From Phycisphaerales bacterium (GTDB taxonomy: Bacteria > Planctomycetota > Phycisphaerae > Phycisphaerales > SM1A02), in contig JAJDDB010000006.1 in NCBI GenBank assembly GCA_029260575.1, forward strand, positions 19,300-83,299: 64,000 bases of DNA, in the 5' to 3' direction. Position 1 is the stretch's first letter; each line of letters begins with the position of its first letter. Below the pieces are notes generated by a model, which searched no databases, was not told the DNA's origin, and worked only from the letters and a program-made list of their open reading frames with translations. Position numbers and translations under genes: made by a program. This document shows positions 37,656-48,486 of this stretch, piece after piece.

Positions 37656-38624
37656 TCAGGGCAGCGACGGTGGGCCCGGCGGTGTCGGGTCGATCGGCGT
37701 TCCGGATGGGCCGGGTGTCACTGGCGGCGTGTAATTGCGCACAGTTAACTCCTGCACCCGGATCTTGCGAATGGTCCACAGTTCTTCCAGGTTCTTCCAC
37801 CGGCCGACCGGCTTGGTATGACCGTCCAGAAACAGCATCAGGCAGGTATCGCCGGAATAACGGAAGTCGACCTCGCAGGTCGAGTCGGATTCGGCAACAG
37901 CCATGTTTGCGTGCCAGGGTTCGATGTCGTCCTCAATCACTTCGCCGGCCAACGAGTCGATCAGATAGATCCCCTGGTCAGGAGCTTTAATCTGACCGTT
38001 CTTGTACCAGTTGTCGTTGCTGTTCTCGGTGGAATTGAAGAAGCTGTTGGCTGCGAAGTACCCTGGGTAGCCGGAGTGATCGCCGCCGGGGCCGAACGGC
38101 TTGGGCAATGCTGCGGGGTCGGTGTATTGTGGCGCGGGGCGTGTGTTGTTGGCAGAAGAACGCAGGACATGATCAACGGTGTCGATTCCGAGCTTGTCGA
38201 ACAGCGCATTATCAGGTGAATCGAATCGGTAGTCTGCAGCAGTTGGATCGCCATCGTCGGGAAAGACGCCGAGTTTAAACACAGTCCAGAGAATGTCCGA
38301 CCACGAACCCTTGCTCTCATCACCGATTGTGAGTGTGGATTGCGGTGCTGTGCGCACTTTGCCCGGGTTTGGATTGTTCGAGTAGTCGAACTGACTGGGC
38401 AAAATCGTTTCACGATTGTCCGCAGCATACTGCTGCATCCAGATGCCGATCTGCTTCATGTTGCTCATTGAAGCCGCCATCTGGCCGGTCTTTCGCGCGC
38501 CAACGAGCGCGGGCAGCAGAATGCCCGCAAGTACGACGATCACGCCGATGACCACGAGCAGCTCGACGATGGTGAAGCCGCGATCGCTGGTTCGGCCGGG
38601 TTTGTACTGAAGACGACGTCTCAT
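37656..38624 (-). CDS. prepilin-type N-terminal cleavage/methylation domain protein (DUF1559-like pseudopilin)
   Basis: Reads RGFTIVELLVVIGVIVVLAGILLPALVGARKTGQMAASMSNMKQIG (a G/FT-x-x-E leader). C-terminal motif CLMLFLDGHTKPV. The start is ambiguous (38624, 38639 or 38714). Confidence 0.8.
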   Translation of the reverse strand: MRRRLQYKPGRTSDRGFTIVELLVVIGVIVVLAGILLPALVGARKTGQMAASMSNMKQIGIWMQQYAADNRETILPSQFDYSNNPNPGKVRTAPQSTLTIGDESKGSWSDILWTVFKLGVFPDDGDPTAADYRFDSPDNALFDKLGIDTVDHVLRSSANNTRPAPQYTDPAALPKPFGPGGDHSGYPGYFAANSFFNSTENSNDNWYKNGQIKAPDQGIYLIDSLAGEVIEDDIEPWHANMAVAESDSTCEVDFRYSGDTCLMLFLDGHTKPVGRWKNLEELWTIRKIRVQELTVRNYTPPVTPGPSGTPIDPTPPGPPSLP

Positions 38625-38982
38625 AGCTACAGCGAACATTTTCCTGCTCCCAAGCAAGGGTTGCCCTATCGGGCTTCGGCCGAGGTGATATTCATCGGCC
38701 GCAAAAAGGGTCATACCGGGTCAAGAGAGGACGCCCCCGATGCCGGTCATGGCTGAACACAATTGTAGCCACCGCGCGGCGAGGCCCGGTCTATGAAACC
38801 ATTCGCCGTCAAGTCGCAGGCGGTTCCCCCCCTGCGCCCAAGACGCCGCGTTCTGGGCCGGGACAGCAGGTTAGCCGCCAACAGCCAGCTGGTTCTGCTC
38901 TGCGAGCCTCAATGACCCGGCCCCACGTCGAGACAACTATGACCGGCCAGAGCCAATGCAGAAACCGGCCGATCGTGCAGTG

Positions 38983-39008
38983 AAAAAGCACCGCTTGCGA
39001 TGCGGTGC
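38983..39008 (-). terminator. intrinsic terminator downstream of rho
   Basis: On the minus strand: gcaccgc-atcgcaa-gcggtgc followed by TTTTT. 7 bp perfect stem, about 50 nt after the rho stop. Confidence 0.6.
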
Positions 39009-39059
39009 TCATGCATGAACGGCCTTGTTTGGCCTGCAGAAAGCGTTTCGGCGATTGCG

Positions 39060-40526
39060 TCAGCCCAGGTTCATCGTCAGCAGGAATTCCGCGTTGCTCT
39101 TGGTTTTGAGCATGCGTGCTCGCAACAACTCCATTGCTTCGATGACGGACATGTCGCTGACCACCTTGCGCAGGCGCACTACGAGATCCATTTCCTTGGG
39201 GTCCAGCAATAGTTCTTCGCGGCGCGTGCCGGAGCCTGCAATATCGATCGCCGGCCAGATGCGCTTCTCGACGAGCTTTCGCGTCAGGTGCAGTTCGCTG
39301 TTACCGGTGCCTTTGAATTCTTCGAAGATGACTTCATCAGCCTTGGAGCCGGTTTCCACGAGTGCGGTTGCGATGATTGTCAGCGACCCGCCGTTTTCAA
39401 TGTTTCGAGCCGAGCCGAAGAATTTCTTGGGCTTGATAAGCGCCTGCGTGTCGACACCGCCGGTGCCGATCTTGCCGGTGTTGGGCATGGCGTTGTTGTA
39501 CCCACGCGCCAAACGCGTAATCGAGTCCAGCAGGATCACAACATGCTCGCCGTATTCGACTTTGCGCCGGGCCTTTTCGCTGACCATCTCCGCCACCTGA
39601 ATGTGACGATGGGCTTCTTCATCGAACGTGCTTGCGACGACTTCCACGCTGTCGGGTGTGTTGCGGCGAAAGTCGGTGACTTCTTCGGGGCGTTCATCAA
39701 CCAGCAGTACGATCACATTCACATCTTTGTGATTCTTTGCAATCGCGTTGGTCATTTTCTGCAGGATGACGGTCTTGCCGGTGCGTGGCGGGGCGACGAT
39801 CAGCGCTCGTTGACCGAAGCCCATAGGCGTCACCAGATCAATCACGCGGGTCTCAATGCCTTCAGCTTCGGTTTCGAACTGGATGCGGATGTTGGGGTGC
39901 AGAGGCGTGAGGTTTTCAAACCGCGGCAGATCGTGCAGCGATTGCGGATCGCTGCCGTTGACTTCCTCGACGCGCAGCAGCGCAAAATATGTTTCCGTTT
40001 CTTTGGGCGGGCGAATCAAACCGCGAATGATGTGACCCTTGCGCAGGCCGAACCGGCGAATCTGCGATGGGCTGACATACACATCATCGGGCGAGGCAAC
40101 GTAGGAATATTCCGGACTGCGCAGGAAGCCGAAGCCGTCGGGCAGAATTTCCAGCGTGCCTTCGCCGATCATCAACCCCTGCTTCTGGGCGCGGGCTTTG
40201 AGAATCTCGAAGACGAGCTTCTGTTTGGGCAGCGATGTGAAATCCTGGACCTTTTCCTTCTTGGCAAACTTGCCAAGTTCGTCCATGGTCATGTGCTGCA
40301 GTTTGGCCATGGACATGTCGTCCTTCTTGGCCAGGTCGTAGCGGCCTTGCGTTTCGTCGTCGAGCGCGCGAGCCTCCGCTTCAAGCTGTTCATCGGACGG
40401 CACCTCGTGCGGCTGAATCGTCTGCGTCGATGGCTGACGAGATCGGCCGGAGCCCTTCTTGTTTCGACGACGTCGCGTCTTTTTACCCATTGGTCTCTTG
40501 GACTCCTGCTGTTTGATCGTGCTCAT
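39060..40526 (-). CDS. rho: transcription termination factor Rho with a basic N-terminal extension
   Basis: Reads [31 protein letters not shown] (RNA-binding domain), [12 protein letters not shown] (Walker A) and [39 protein letters not shown]. The N-terminus reads [17 protein letters not shown]. Confidence 0.95.
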   Translation of the reverse strand: MSTIKQQESKRPMGKKTRRRRNKKGSGRSRQPSTQTIQPHEVPSDEQLEAEARALDDETQGRYDLAKKDDMSMAKLQHMTMDELGKFAKKEKVQDFTSLPKQKLVFEILKARAQKQGLMIGEGTLEILPDGFGFLRSPEYSYVASPDDVYVSPSQIRRFGLRKGHIIRGLIRPPKETETYFALLRVEEVNGSDPQSLHDLPRFENLTPLHPNIRIQFETEAEGIETRVIDLVTPMGFGQRALIVAPPRTGKTVILQKMTNAIAKNHKDVNVIVLLVDERPEEVTDFRRNTPDSVEVVASTFDEEAHRHIQVAEMVSEKARRKVEYGEHVVILLDSITRLARGYNNAMPNTGKIGTGGVDTQALIKPKKFFGSARNIENGGSLTIIATALVETGSKADEVIFEEFKGTGNSELHLTRKLVEKRIWPAIDIAGSGTRREELLLDPKEMDLVVRLRKVVSDMSVIEAMELLRARMLKTKSNAEFLLTMNLG

Positions 40527-40796
40527 CGAGGTACTCGTTCGTTGTTGATTGTCATGCTGTCCGCAGCTGCGGAACGGTCAGGCCAAGGCTTGGCGTTGAG
40601 CTGCACCGCCTGTGCAAACGTCGCAGGCATTGGTGTGTGTAGATTCGAGCATTGAAACGAAAAATATGGAATTGGTCGCGTGCTTCGGTGTGGTTCGCTA
40701 TTCACAAGAACAAACCAACTCTGACAGCCTCCGGACTGCCATGCTCACCGCTTCCGTGTGTGCGGCGGGCAAATCGACTACTTGTGCGAGGGAATT

Positions 40797-41411
40797 TCAG
40801 GCCGAGCTGGTTTCCACTATTCGATCCAGAATGCTCCGGACCGCACCAGCCAGCGAGTCTTTGTCAGTGTCATTGACTACTACATAATCGGCACTTTCCC
40901 GCTTGCGGTCAAGTGGCCACTGGGATTGTTCCCTTCTGGCCAGTTCCGCAGCATCCCAGCCGCGGTTCCGCTGCACCCGCTCCAGTCGTACGGCATGTGG
41001 TGCATCTACAAACAGTACAGCATCGCACTCTTTGCCCAAACCCGCTTCCAGCAGCAGCGGAGCGTCAATCACAAAGGCTGGTACATCGGCTGGCGCTGCC
41101 TCGAATTGCTGCCTGCGCTTGTTTTCAATCCACGGATGCGACAGCGATTCGAGATGGCGGCGCTCAGATGCGTCACTAAAAACGATGCTGCCGACCGCAC
41201 TGCGATCAATCTGCCCGTCGTCGCCGAGGATTCCTGGCCCCCAGCGGTTGACGAGATTGCTGCGAATGTCCGGATCGTTGAGCGCCGCGCGCCCCAGTGC
41301 ATCGGAATCGCAGACTACGCAACCGAGATCGCGCAGCATGTTCGCAACCGTACTCTTGCCCGAGCCGATGCCGCCGGTGAGTCCGATGACAGGTTTGCTA
41401 CGATAAGTCAC
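40797..41411 (-). CDS. coaE: dephospho-CoA kinase
   Basis: Reads VIGLTGGIGSGKSTVANMLRDLG. GTG at 41411 places the P-loop at the usual N-terminal position. The ATG-started track ORF extends to 41510. Confidence 0.8.
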   Translation of the reverse strand: MTYRSKPVIGLTGGIGSGKSTVANMLRDLGCVVCDSDALGRAALNDPDIRSNLVNRWGPGILGDDGQIDRSAVGSIVFSDASERRHLESLSHPWIENKRRQQFEAAPADVPAFVIDAPLLLEAGLGKECDAVLFVDAPHAVRLERVQRNRGWDAAELARREQSQWPLDRKRESADYVVVNDTDKDSLAGAVRSILDRIVETSSA

Positions 41412-41597
41412 TGCCGCATCATAAAGCCCGAAATCTCCAGATGCCGGGATCGAACGGGGACAGTCGGGGCTGTCGTGGCCAGTCGGGAACTGCGAACATC
41501 CAACGGGCACAGTCCGGTGCTGAGGGTTTTGATTCGGGCGAGAACGGCCGATCCGCAGGCTGGCGGCTGTACGGACACTAATTCGACGCTTCGGGGT

Positions 41598-43178
41598 TTA
41601 CCCGACGATACGCTGCCACGTTGTCCCATCCGGCCCGTCTTTGATCTCCACACCCATCGCAGCAAGTTCATCGCGCACCTTATCAGCCAGAGCAAAGTCC
41701 TTGCTCGCGCGCGCATCGTTTCGCCGACCGATCAACTCCATCACCTTCTCAACATTAAGATTTCCAGCATCTGCAGCGCCCTGTGTTTCCAGATCGAGCA
41801 CACCGAGCACACTATTCATCTGCAGCAACGCATGGAGTTCCGATGCTGCCGTCGCGGTTGGCTGATCGCTGCCGTTGTCTGCGGCCCGCACGGTCCCCGT
41901 TTCGATGTCGTAGCGATTGATTGCTTCATTGAGCACGCCGATCGCGCCGCTGATGTTTAAGTCATTGCACAGCGACGCAGTGAACGCGGGCAGCGCCGAA
42001 GCAAACGGACCAGGGCCATCCAGTCTTGTTGACCGGTTCGTCGCCAGCCACTGCTGCACGCGCACCCACCTATCAATCTGGCGTTGACTGTCCTTCAATC
42101 CCTGCATCGTGAAGTTTGCGTTGCTTCGATAATGCGTCTTGATCAGCTCCAGCCGAATCGCAGCAGGGCTTGCGCCTCTGCTGAGCAGATCGCGCACAGT
42201 AAAAAAATTGCCGATGCTCTTGGACATCTTCTCACCTTCCACGATCAGAAAGCGCGTGTGAAACCAGTATCGGGCGAAATATTCTTCGCCGGTGGCGCAG
42301 CAGGTCTGGGCGATTTCACATTCGTGATGGGGGAAGATGTTGTCTTCTCCTCCGCTGTGTATGTCGATGACGCCGTTGGTCTCGCGGGCCAGCAGATCCA
42401 TTGCCATGACTGAGCATTCAATGTGCCAGCCGGGATATCCCTTCCCCCACGGGCTGTCCCACGACATGAGATGCTTCGCATCAGGTTTCCACAACAGGAA
42501 GTCCGCTGCGTGTTTTTTTATCGCCTGGTTGGAAGCATCCACACGGCCGCCTTCGCCGGAACGAATGGAGTCCGGCGAGTTACCCGAGAGCTGGCCGTAC
42601 TCCGCGTACGACTGCACATCAAAGTACACCGCGCCGTCGCTGGCAACATATGCGTGGCTGCGCTCGATCAATTTCTCAATCAGCGCGATCATCTGCGCGA
42701 TGTACTGCGTCGGCCGGGGCATGAGCTCAGCATGCTGCTGCGCATCATGCACGATCTTCATACCAAGCGTCTTTGCATCCACAAGAAACGCATCAATATA
42801 AAACTGTGCGATGGCATACGGATCGTTGGGGTCGATCGCGCCTGCATCGTCGGGCAATTTGCCGGATTTTTTTTGTTCGAGCAGCCGCTTGCCCGCCACT
42901 TCCATTTTGTCTTCACCGCTGCCATCTGCGACATCATCTTCGGTCATGTGGCCGACGTCGGTCATGTTCATGACCTGCTGCACGTCATAACCGAGCAGTT
43001 CCAGCGTGCGGCGCAGGACATCCGCGTTGAGAAACGAACGGAAGTTGCCGATGTGGGCATAGTCGTAGACGGTCGGGCCGCAGGCATAGAACCGGACGAT
43101 TTTGCCTGCCGGATCAATCGGCTCAAACGGCTGCTCCCGTCGGGTCAGCGTGTTATACAACTTCATCGTCTGCGACAT
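41598..43178 (-). CDS. cysS: cysteine--tRNA ligase with a long C-terminal extension
   Basis: Reads [14 protein letters not shown]...[20 protein letters not shown] (HIGH), GWHIECS and KMSKSIGN (KMSKS). Start at Met 43178 or 43166. Confidence 0.9.
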   Translation of the reverse strand: MSQTMKLYNTLTRREQPFEPIDPAGKIVRFYACGPTVYDYAHIGNFRSFLNADVLRRTLELLGYDVQQVMNMTDVGHMTEDDVADGSGEDKMEVAGKRLLEQKKSGKLPDDAGAIDPNDPYAIAQFYIDAFLVDAKTLGMKIVHDAQQHAELMPRPTQYIAQMIALIEKLIERSHAYVASDGAVYFDVQSYAEYGQLSGNSPDSIRSGEGGRVDASNQAIKKHAADFLLWKPDAKHLMSWDSPWGKGYPGWHIECSVMAMDLLARETNGVIDIHSGGEDNIFPHHECEIAQTCCATGEEYFARYWFHTRFLIVEGEKMSKSIGNFFTVRDLLSRGASPAAIRLELIKTHYRSNANFTMQGLKDSQRQIDRWVRVQQWLATNRSTRLDGPGPFASALPAFTASLCNDLNISGAIGVLNEAINRYDIETGTVRAADNGSDQPTATAASELHALLQMNSVLGVLDLETQGAADAGNLNVEKVMELIGRRNDARASKDFALADKVRDELAAMGVEIKDGPDGTTWQRIVG

Positions 43179-43436
43179 GGCCCAACGGTACGAGCCATTG
43201 GCGAACCGGGCAACCGGGGGTTCGAACACCTGCCCGTAGAAGCCTTTCGCCGCCGGAGGGCTGTACAGAACCCGGTAGAGAAGCGTTGCAAGCCAAACTG
43301 CAGAATAGCCAAACAGCCGGACACTTTGGTTCGTAGAGCACGTGTGGCGCCGCAACCAACCGGCAGATTCAAAGTTCGTATAGTTGGCAACTGCCTGTAA
43401 CTTGGCGTTGTCCGTAGTGAACAAGCAAAGGACGAT

Positions 43437-44393
43437 ATGCATTCATATGAGAATCAGTTTGACGGACACAACGTCTGCATCACAGGCGGAGCGGGGTTTA
43501 TTGGTTCGCATCTGGCCCATCGCCTCGTCGATCTCGGCGCGACAGTCCGAGTTATCGATGATCTGACCGGCGGATTCCGCGAGAACCTGCCGACCGAGCG
43601 CACCACACTGATCGAAGCATCCATCCTCGATGAAACAGCGCTGCGCAAAGCCACAGACAACTGTCAATTCGTGTTTCACGAAGCAGCGATGGTGTCAGTA
43701 CCCGAGAGCGTGAATGACCCGCAACGGTGTGTCGACATCAACATCATGGGCACCGAACTCGTGCTCGAAGCGGCCCGCGATGCAGGAACCAAGCGCGTCG
43801 TGCTTGCATCGTCGGCTGCGGTGTACGGCGGCGATCCGACATTGCCCAGCAAAGAAGATCAGCCGATTGATTGCTGGTCGCCGTACGCTGCGGGCAAAGC
43901 GGCCGGCGAACATCTCGCTGCTGCGTTCAGCCATTGCTACGGATTGTCGACGGTCAACCTGCGATACTTCAACATCTTCGGCCCGCGCCAGAATCCCGAT
44001 TCGCCGTACGCCGCTGCAATCTGCGCGTTCGAATCGCGTTTGCGCCAAGGCATTCAACCGACAGTCTTCGGCGACGGCAGCCAAACACGCGATTTCACGC
44101 CGGTCGCCAATGTCGTGCATGCAAACCTACTTGCTGCGACTGTACAGCGCGACCTGAAAGGCGAGCCGATCAACATCGGTACGGGGCGGCGCGTAAGTTT
44201 GCTGGATGTGCTCGACACAATGGGCGATGCGCTTGGTGTGGATGCAACGCCGAAGTTCGATGCGCCTCGGGCTGGTGATGTCATGCATTCGGTTGCAGAC
44301 ATCTCGCGTGCGCGTGAATTTCTCGGTTATGATCCAATAGTGAACTTCGAAGACGGACTGCGCGAATTGATCGAGAGTCCTACGGCCGCATGA
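43437..44393 (+). CDS. NAD-dependent sugar-nucleotide epimerase/dehydratase (extended SDR)
   Basis: Has [12 protein letters not shown] (the GxxGxxG motif), SSAAVYG and YAAGKAAGE (the YxxxK motif). Confidence 0.85.
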   Translation: MHSYENQFDGHNVCITGGAGFIGSHLAHRLVDLGATVRVIDDLTGGFRENLPTERTTLIEASILDETALRKATDNCQFVFHEAAMVSVPESVNDPQRCVDINIMGTELVLEAARDAGTKRVVLASSAAVYGGDPTLPSKEDQPIDCWSPYAAGKAAGEHLAAAFSHCYGLSTVNLRYFNIFGPRQNPDSPYAAAICAFESRLRQGIQPTVFGDGSQTRDFTPVANVVHANLLAATVQRDLKGEPINIGTGRRVSLLDVLDTMGDALGVDATPKFDAPRAGDVMHSVADISRAREFLGYDPIVNFEDGLRELIESPTAA

Positions 44394-44459
44394 ATATACT
44401 GCGCAACCGCAATATTTGAATACGACGGACAATGTTCGTGCGCTGACAATCAGACAGAA

Positions 44460-44672
44460 GTGAGATGCGTGATGAAGAAGATGCTGTCCGTCGGTCTCAT
44501 AGGTCTATTCATTACCGTGGCAACCAACCTCGCGGGTGTTCTTGTGCTTGACCAACCGGCTTCTGCATTCTTTTCCAAAGACTGGTGGTCTGTGTGGTTT
44601 CCGCTGTACCTCGTCTGGATCATCCTCACGATCATCGGGTTCGGTGGCTACCGACGGAAACCAAAGACGTGA
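44460..44672 (+). CDS. small two-TM hypothetical protein
   Basis: 70 aa with two hydrophobic helices (LSVGLIGLFITVATNLAGVLVL; VWFPLYLVWIILTIIGFGG). No family recognised. Confidence 0.35.
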   Translation: MRCVMKKMLSVGLIGLFITVATNLAGVLVLDQPASAFFSKDWWSVWFPLYLVWIILTIIGFGGYRRKPKT

Positions 44673-44748
44673 CTGAGAGAGTTGGCGACATCGCGTTGCA
44701 ATGTGTCTATGAGTTGCATCGTATTCGCACGAAACATGTGACGACGTA

Positions 44749-45528
44749 TCACTGCGGCGCGTGAACGGCTTCATCATCAGTCAAGACAGAATCCTCTGCG
44801 GGCTGTGTATCAAGCAGAGCGCACTCAAACACTACTGCGCTGGGCTCCGCATCGGGGCCGAAGTGCCGAGATCGCACCGAGCCGTCCAGGAACAACACGT
44901 TGCACAGGCCGTCGTCACCATGCCAATGCGCTGTTCTGCCGGTTTGCAGTCGCTGTTCGTACCACCCGGCATCGCCAATCAGCACCATTGACGCTGGGGC
45001 TGCAAGCAGCGCATCGCGGGTAATGTTTCGGCGAGCGCCGGAGTCATCGACATGCCCTTCCATCAGGAAACTGTTGGCGCGATAACTCGTGCCGAAGGAA
45101 CGAAACGCAGTGCGATCGCCGGTACCGGATTCACTCAACCCGGATTCGATGCCGCGGTCTGCTGGACATTCAAACACACTGACTGCGCTTCGATCGCTTG
45201 ACGGTGCTGACGCATACGCAGACAGCGGGCGATTGAAATCCAGCCGGGCCTTGTCATCAACAGCATTAAAGCTCGCCCCGCCCCATCGCCAGGACGGCTG
45301 ATTGAGCAGGACCGGAAATTGTCGATTGTTGTCATCCAGATACGCCGCCCACGCAGTTCCGAGCTGGGTCTGATTATGCACGCACACTTCGCGCTGACTG
45401 GATGTGCGAGCAGAGTTGAGGCTGGGGACAAGTATGGACAGCAGCACAGCGATAATCGCAATGGCGATCACGACTTCCACAAGCGAGAACCCGGCTGGAG
45501 ATTGACGAGATCGCTGGTCCATAGACAC
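44749..45528 (-). CDS. prepilin-type N-terminal cleavage/methylation domain protein (DUF1559-like pseudopilin)
   Basis: Reads AGFSLVEVVIAIAIIAVLLSILVPSLNSARTSSQREVCVHNQTQLG. C-terminus NVLFLDGSVRS. Confidence 0.8.
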   Translation of the reverse strand: MSMDQRSRQSPAGFSLVEVVIAIAIIAVLLSILVPSLNSARTSSQREVCVHNQTQLGTAWAAYLDDNNRQFPVLLNQPSWRWGGASFNAVDDKARLDFNRPLSAYASAPSSDRSAVSVFECPADRGIESGLSESGTGDRTAFRSFGTSYRANSFLMEGHVDDSGARRNITRDALLAAPASMVLIGDAGWYEQRLQTGRTAHWHGDDGLCNVLFLDGSVRSRHFGPDAEPSAVVFECALLDTQPAEDSVLTDDEAVHAPQ

Positions 45529-45576
45529 CGCATTGTACGATCCGGTGGCGGCAAAAGTCGCAACGAATCTGCAGGA

Positions 45577-46791
45577 TCAATCCGCTGCAGCGCGCGTGCG
45601 GATGTTATCCAGCACGTTCATGAAATTGATGTACGCGTCATACGGGCTGTCGTACGGGCTGAAGTACCGATGCACCGCGCCGTCTTCCCAGTGTTTGGTC
45701 GCCATGTAATAGACATGATCGCTGGTCGTCAGATTCCGCCAGTCGTCGAGGAGGTGCTCATCGCCCGCTGCGTGCCGATCCTTGACCACTTCTTCCAGCT
45801 CATACAACTCCTCTGCTGCGTTGGTCTGCATTGCATTGCCAAGCCAGGCTGAGACGTCGCGTTCGGTATCGGCCCAACTCGTAAGTTCGGGCGCGTTGTA
45901 GGTTCCAGCGGGTTCGTAGCGCTGCGTGGCTTCGCTGGGCGTGAGGAAGTCGTTGCGGCCCCCTGACGCCAGCACAGCTTCGGGCAGTGCATCGAGAAAT
46001 TCGAAGATGCCCGCATCTGCGTGTTGATGTTCACCAAATGTTTCGTAATCCATGAACAGATTGCACAACTGGCCGGCGTCGTCATTGATCTGGTCGATCC
46101 ACGATGCGTACGTCGCCGGCTGCAGCGGATGATGTCTCCAGTTCGTGTCAGAAAACCGAAAGGCAATGTCATCGGAGAGGCGATGATTCTTCAGCAGCAG
46201 CTTGACGCGGGCGTTGCGCAAATCGCCTTTGCCTCCCGCGGGGGCATACACATGATTCGGCGAGCGCTTCTCAAGCAGGCGATCAACACCCTCACACAGC
46301 ACAACGTTGAACCGCCCCATCGCTGCCATTTGCCTTGCAACAGCATTGCTGTAGATCAATTCGGTGTTGCGAAAGACTTTCGGCGTGGTATCAAAGAGGT
46401 CCTCTAGCCGCTGGCGATGCTGCGTCACCTGCTCATTGAATTCCTCCCGGCTGTACACAAATGCCAGACTGTGATGACTTGTCTCGCACAGCACTTCACA
46501 GCAGCCGGTCGCAACAAGTTGCTGCAACAGTTCGATCACATCCGGCGTCCACTGCTGGAACTGCGAAAGTGCCGTCCCAGTGACCGAAAACGACACACGA
46601 AACCCGCCGTCATGCCGATGTACCAACTCCAGCAGTTTCTGCGTGGCCGGGCGATAGCACGACTGGGCAACGGACTCGCAAATTGACTGGTTGGTGTGGC
46701 TGTCGAAATAGAACGGGTGGTCATCAAAGACCGAATACCGCTTCAACCGGTACGGCTGGTGAATCTGGAAATACATGCAGACCGACGTCAT
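45577..46791 (-). CDS. glycoside hydrolase family 57 protein (alpha-amylase-like)
   Basis: Reads CMYFQIHQPYRLKRY..., ...NLFMDYETFGEHQ (the GH57 catalytic region). The 404 aa length is typical. Confidence 0.8.
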   Translation of the reverse strand: MTSVCMYFQIHQPYRLKRYSVFDDHPFYFDSHTNQSICESVAQSCYRPATQKLLELVHRHDGGFRVSFSVTGTALSQFQQWTPDVIELLQQLVATGCCEVLCETSHHSLAFVYSREEFNEQVTQHRQRLEDLFDTTPKVFRNTELIYSNAVARQMAAMGRFNVVLCEGVDRLLEKRSPNHVYAPAGGKGDLRNARVKLLLKNHRLSDDIAFRFSDTNWRHHPLQPATYASWIDQINDDAGQLCNLFMDYETFGEHQHADAGIFEFLDALPEAVLASGGRNDFLTPSEATQRYEPAGTYNAPELTSWADTERDVSAWLGNAMQTNAAEELYELEEVVKDRHAAGDEHLLDDWRNLTTSDHVYYMATKHWEDGAVHRYFSPYDSPYDAYINFMNVLDNIRTRAAAD

Positions 46792-46914
46792 GCGTTGATG
46801 GTACCGCCGTTGACGCTACACCGCAGAGCGTCTGTGCTATATTTTCAACGCGAAATATCCCGCGCACCGGCAACTGATTTTTCCCGCCCCACGCATCCTC
46901 ACCTGGAGCTGATT

Positions 46915-47505
46915 ATGACAGACGCTCTGTATGGCGACGACACGTACACCATTCGCAAGAAAATACTCTCATTCATCGGACAGTCGTTTCATGTCTACAA
47001 CGAGCATGGCGATCTGATTTTCTTCTGCAGGCAAAAGGGATTCAAACTCAAGGAAGACATCCGCCTGTACAGTGATGATCAAAAGACCGACGAACTGCTG
47101 ACACTTCGGGCACGGAATATCATCGACTGGGGCGCGACATATGACGTCGTCGACTCAGCAGCAGGCGAAGTCGTCGGGTCACTGCGCCGCAAGGCAATGA
47201 AATCGATCATTCGTGACGAATGGCTGCTCTTCGAGCCGGCGGGGGCGCAGATCGGGCGGTTGTACGAAGACAGCCAGAGCCTTGCGATCCTCCGTCGCCT
47301 GCATCCGTGGATTGCAGCTGTCACACCGCAGGGGTTCTGCGTTGAAGTCAACAGCAACGTGGTGTGCACAATGAAACAGAATTACAACCCGTTCGTCCAC
47401 AAACTGACTGTGAGCTATCCGCCTCATTCCGATCACGCCTTTGATCGGCGGATCGGCATTGCTGCTGCTGTTCTCATGTCCGCAATTGAAGGTCGCCAGC
47501 GGTAG
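46915..47505 (+). CDS. LURP-one-related / scramblase-like (tubby C-terminal-like) protein
   Basis: YTIRKKILSFIGQSFHVYNEHGDLIFFCRQKGFKLKEDIRLYSD..ELLTLRARN shows the pattern typical of LOR-family proteins. ATG at 46915 follows ctggag. Family assignment is tentative. Confidence 0.45.
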   Translation: MTDALYGDDTYTIRKKILSFIGQSFHVYNEHGDLIFFCRQKGFKLKEDIRLYSDDQKTDELLTLRARNIIDWGATYDVVDSAAGEVVGSLRRKAMKSIIRDEWLLFEPAGAQIGRLYEDSQSLAILRRLHPWIAAVTPQGFCVEVNSNVVCTMKQNYNPFVHKLTVSYPPHSDHAFDRRIGIAAAVLMSAIEGRQR

Positions 47506-47524
47506 ATTCGGCTACGATGCGGTT

Positions 47525-48085
47525 ATGGCGCTCACGCATACGCAACTGGCTGCGATGATTGCTGAGGTCGCGGTGCTGCACGGTGCATTCACACTGCGCA
47601 GCGGCCGGACCAGCACGTATTACGTGGACAAATATCGCTTCTGCACCCAACCGAAGATTCTTCAGGAACTGGGCGCGATGTTTGCAAGCCGAATTCCAGC
47701 CGGCACGAATCGGCTCGCCGGCGCTGAACTAGGCGGCATCCCACTTGTCGCAGCCGCATCGTTAGCCAGCGGGCTGCCGAGCGTTTTCGTCCGCAATCAG
47801 AAAAAAGACTACGGCACCGCCAAACAAATTGAAGGCATTCTTGAGCCCGGCGACCGACTTGTCATTGTCGAAGACGTCGCAACCACCGGCGGGCAGGTTC
47901 TGGAAGCTGCGACAGTGCTGCGCGACATGGGCGCAACAATCACGAAAATCATTGCGGTAATTGATCGCGCAGAAGGCGCGCGGCAGAACATCGAAAAGGC
48001 CGGCATCGAATTCGACGCGCTGTTTACAGTTCAAGATCTCGGCGTGCAGCCGCAACCTAACGATCAACCGGCAGAACGGACATGA
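47525..48085 (+). CDS. pyrE: orotate phosphoribosyltransferase
   Basis: Has FTLRSGRTSTYYVD and LVIVEDVATTGGQVLEA (PRPP-binding motif). Confidence 0.9.
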   Translation: MALTHTQLAAMIAEVAVLHGAFTLRSGRTSTYYVDKYRFCTQPKILQELGAMFASRIPAGTNRLAGAELGGIPLVAAASLASGLPSVFVRNQKKDYGTAKQIEGILEPGDRLVIVEDVATTGGQVLEAATVLRDMGATITKIIAVIDRAEGARQNIEKAGIEFDALFTVQDLGVQPQPNDQPAERT

Positions 48086-48483
48086 ACATTCGCGGTGTTG
48101 TCGAAACTGCGCTCTATGCAGATGATCTGAAAGCTGCTGCAATGTTTTACAGCGATGTGCTCGGCTTGGAGTTGCTGCACGGCGACGCAGAGCGCGATCT
48201 TTTCTACCGCTGCGGTGATGCGGTGCTGATTCTCTTCAACCCGGCTTTGACGCAACAACCCACGAGCAAAGCTCCAACACACGGCGCAACCGGCCCCGGC
48301 CATGTCGCGTTCAACGTACCGCAGCATGATCTCGATTCCTGGACGCAGCATCTGCGCAGCCACAATGTGCCGATTGAAACGCAGGTCACCTGGCCCAACG
48401 GCACACGGTCGGTGTACGTTCGTGATCCGGCGGGCAACAGCATTGAATTCACCAGCCCGTCGCTGTGGTTTGGCAGGGAATGA
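48082..48483 (+). CDS. VOC / glyoxalase-bleomycin resistance family protein
   Basis: Reads VVETALYADDLKAAAMFYSDVLGLEL...GPGHVAFNV...VYVRDPAGNSIEF. Its start overlaps the pyrE stop by 4 nt. Confidence 0.75.
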   Translation: MNIRGVVETALYADDLKAAAMFYSDVLGLELLHGDAERDLFYRCGDAVLILFNPALTQQPTSKAPTHGATGPGHVAFNVPQHDLDSWTQHLRSHNVPIETQVTWPNGTRSVYVRDPAGNSIEFTSPSLWFGRE

Positions 48484-48486
48484 TCT

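Noticed and set aside
38809-39012. 67 aa minus-strand ORF in the rho-pseudopilin gap
   Set aside because: It starts inside the rho terminator hairpin. No SD or motifs, and a Trp/Cys/Pro-rich improbable composition.
39288-40655. 455 aa plus-strand ORF
   Set aside because: It is antisense to rho. No motifs, and an Arg/Ala/Gly-rich shadow-frame composition.
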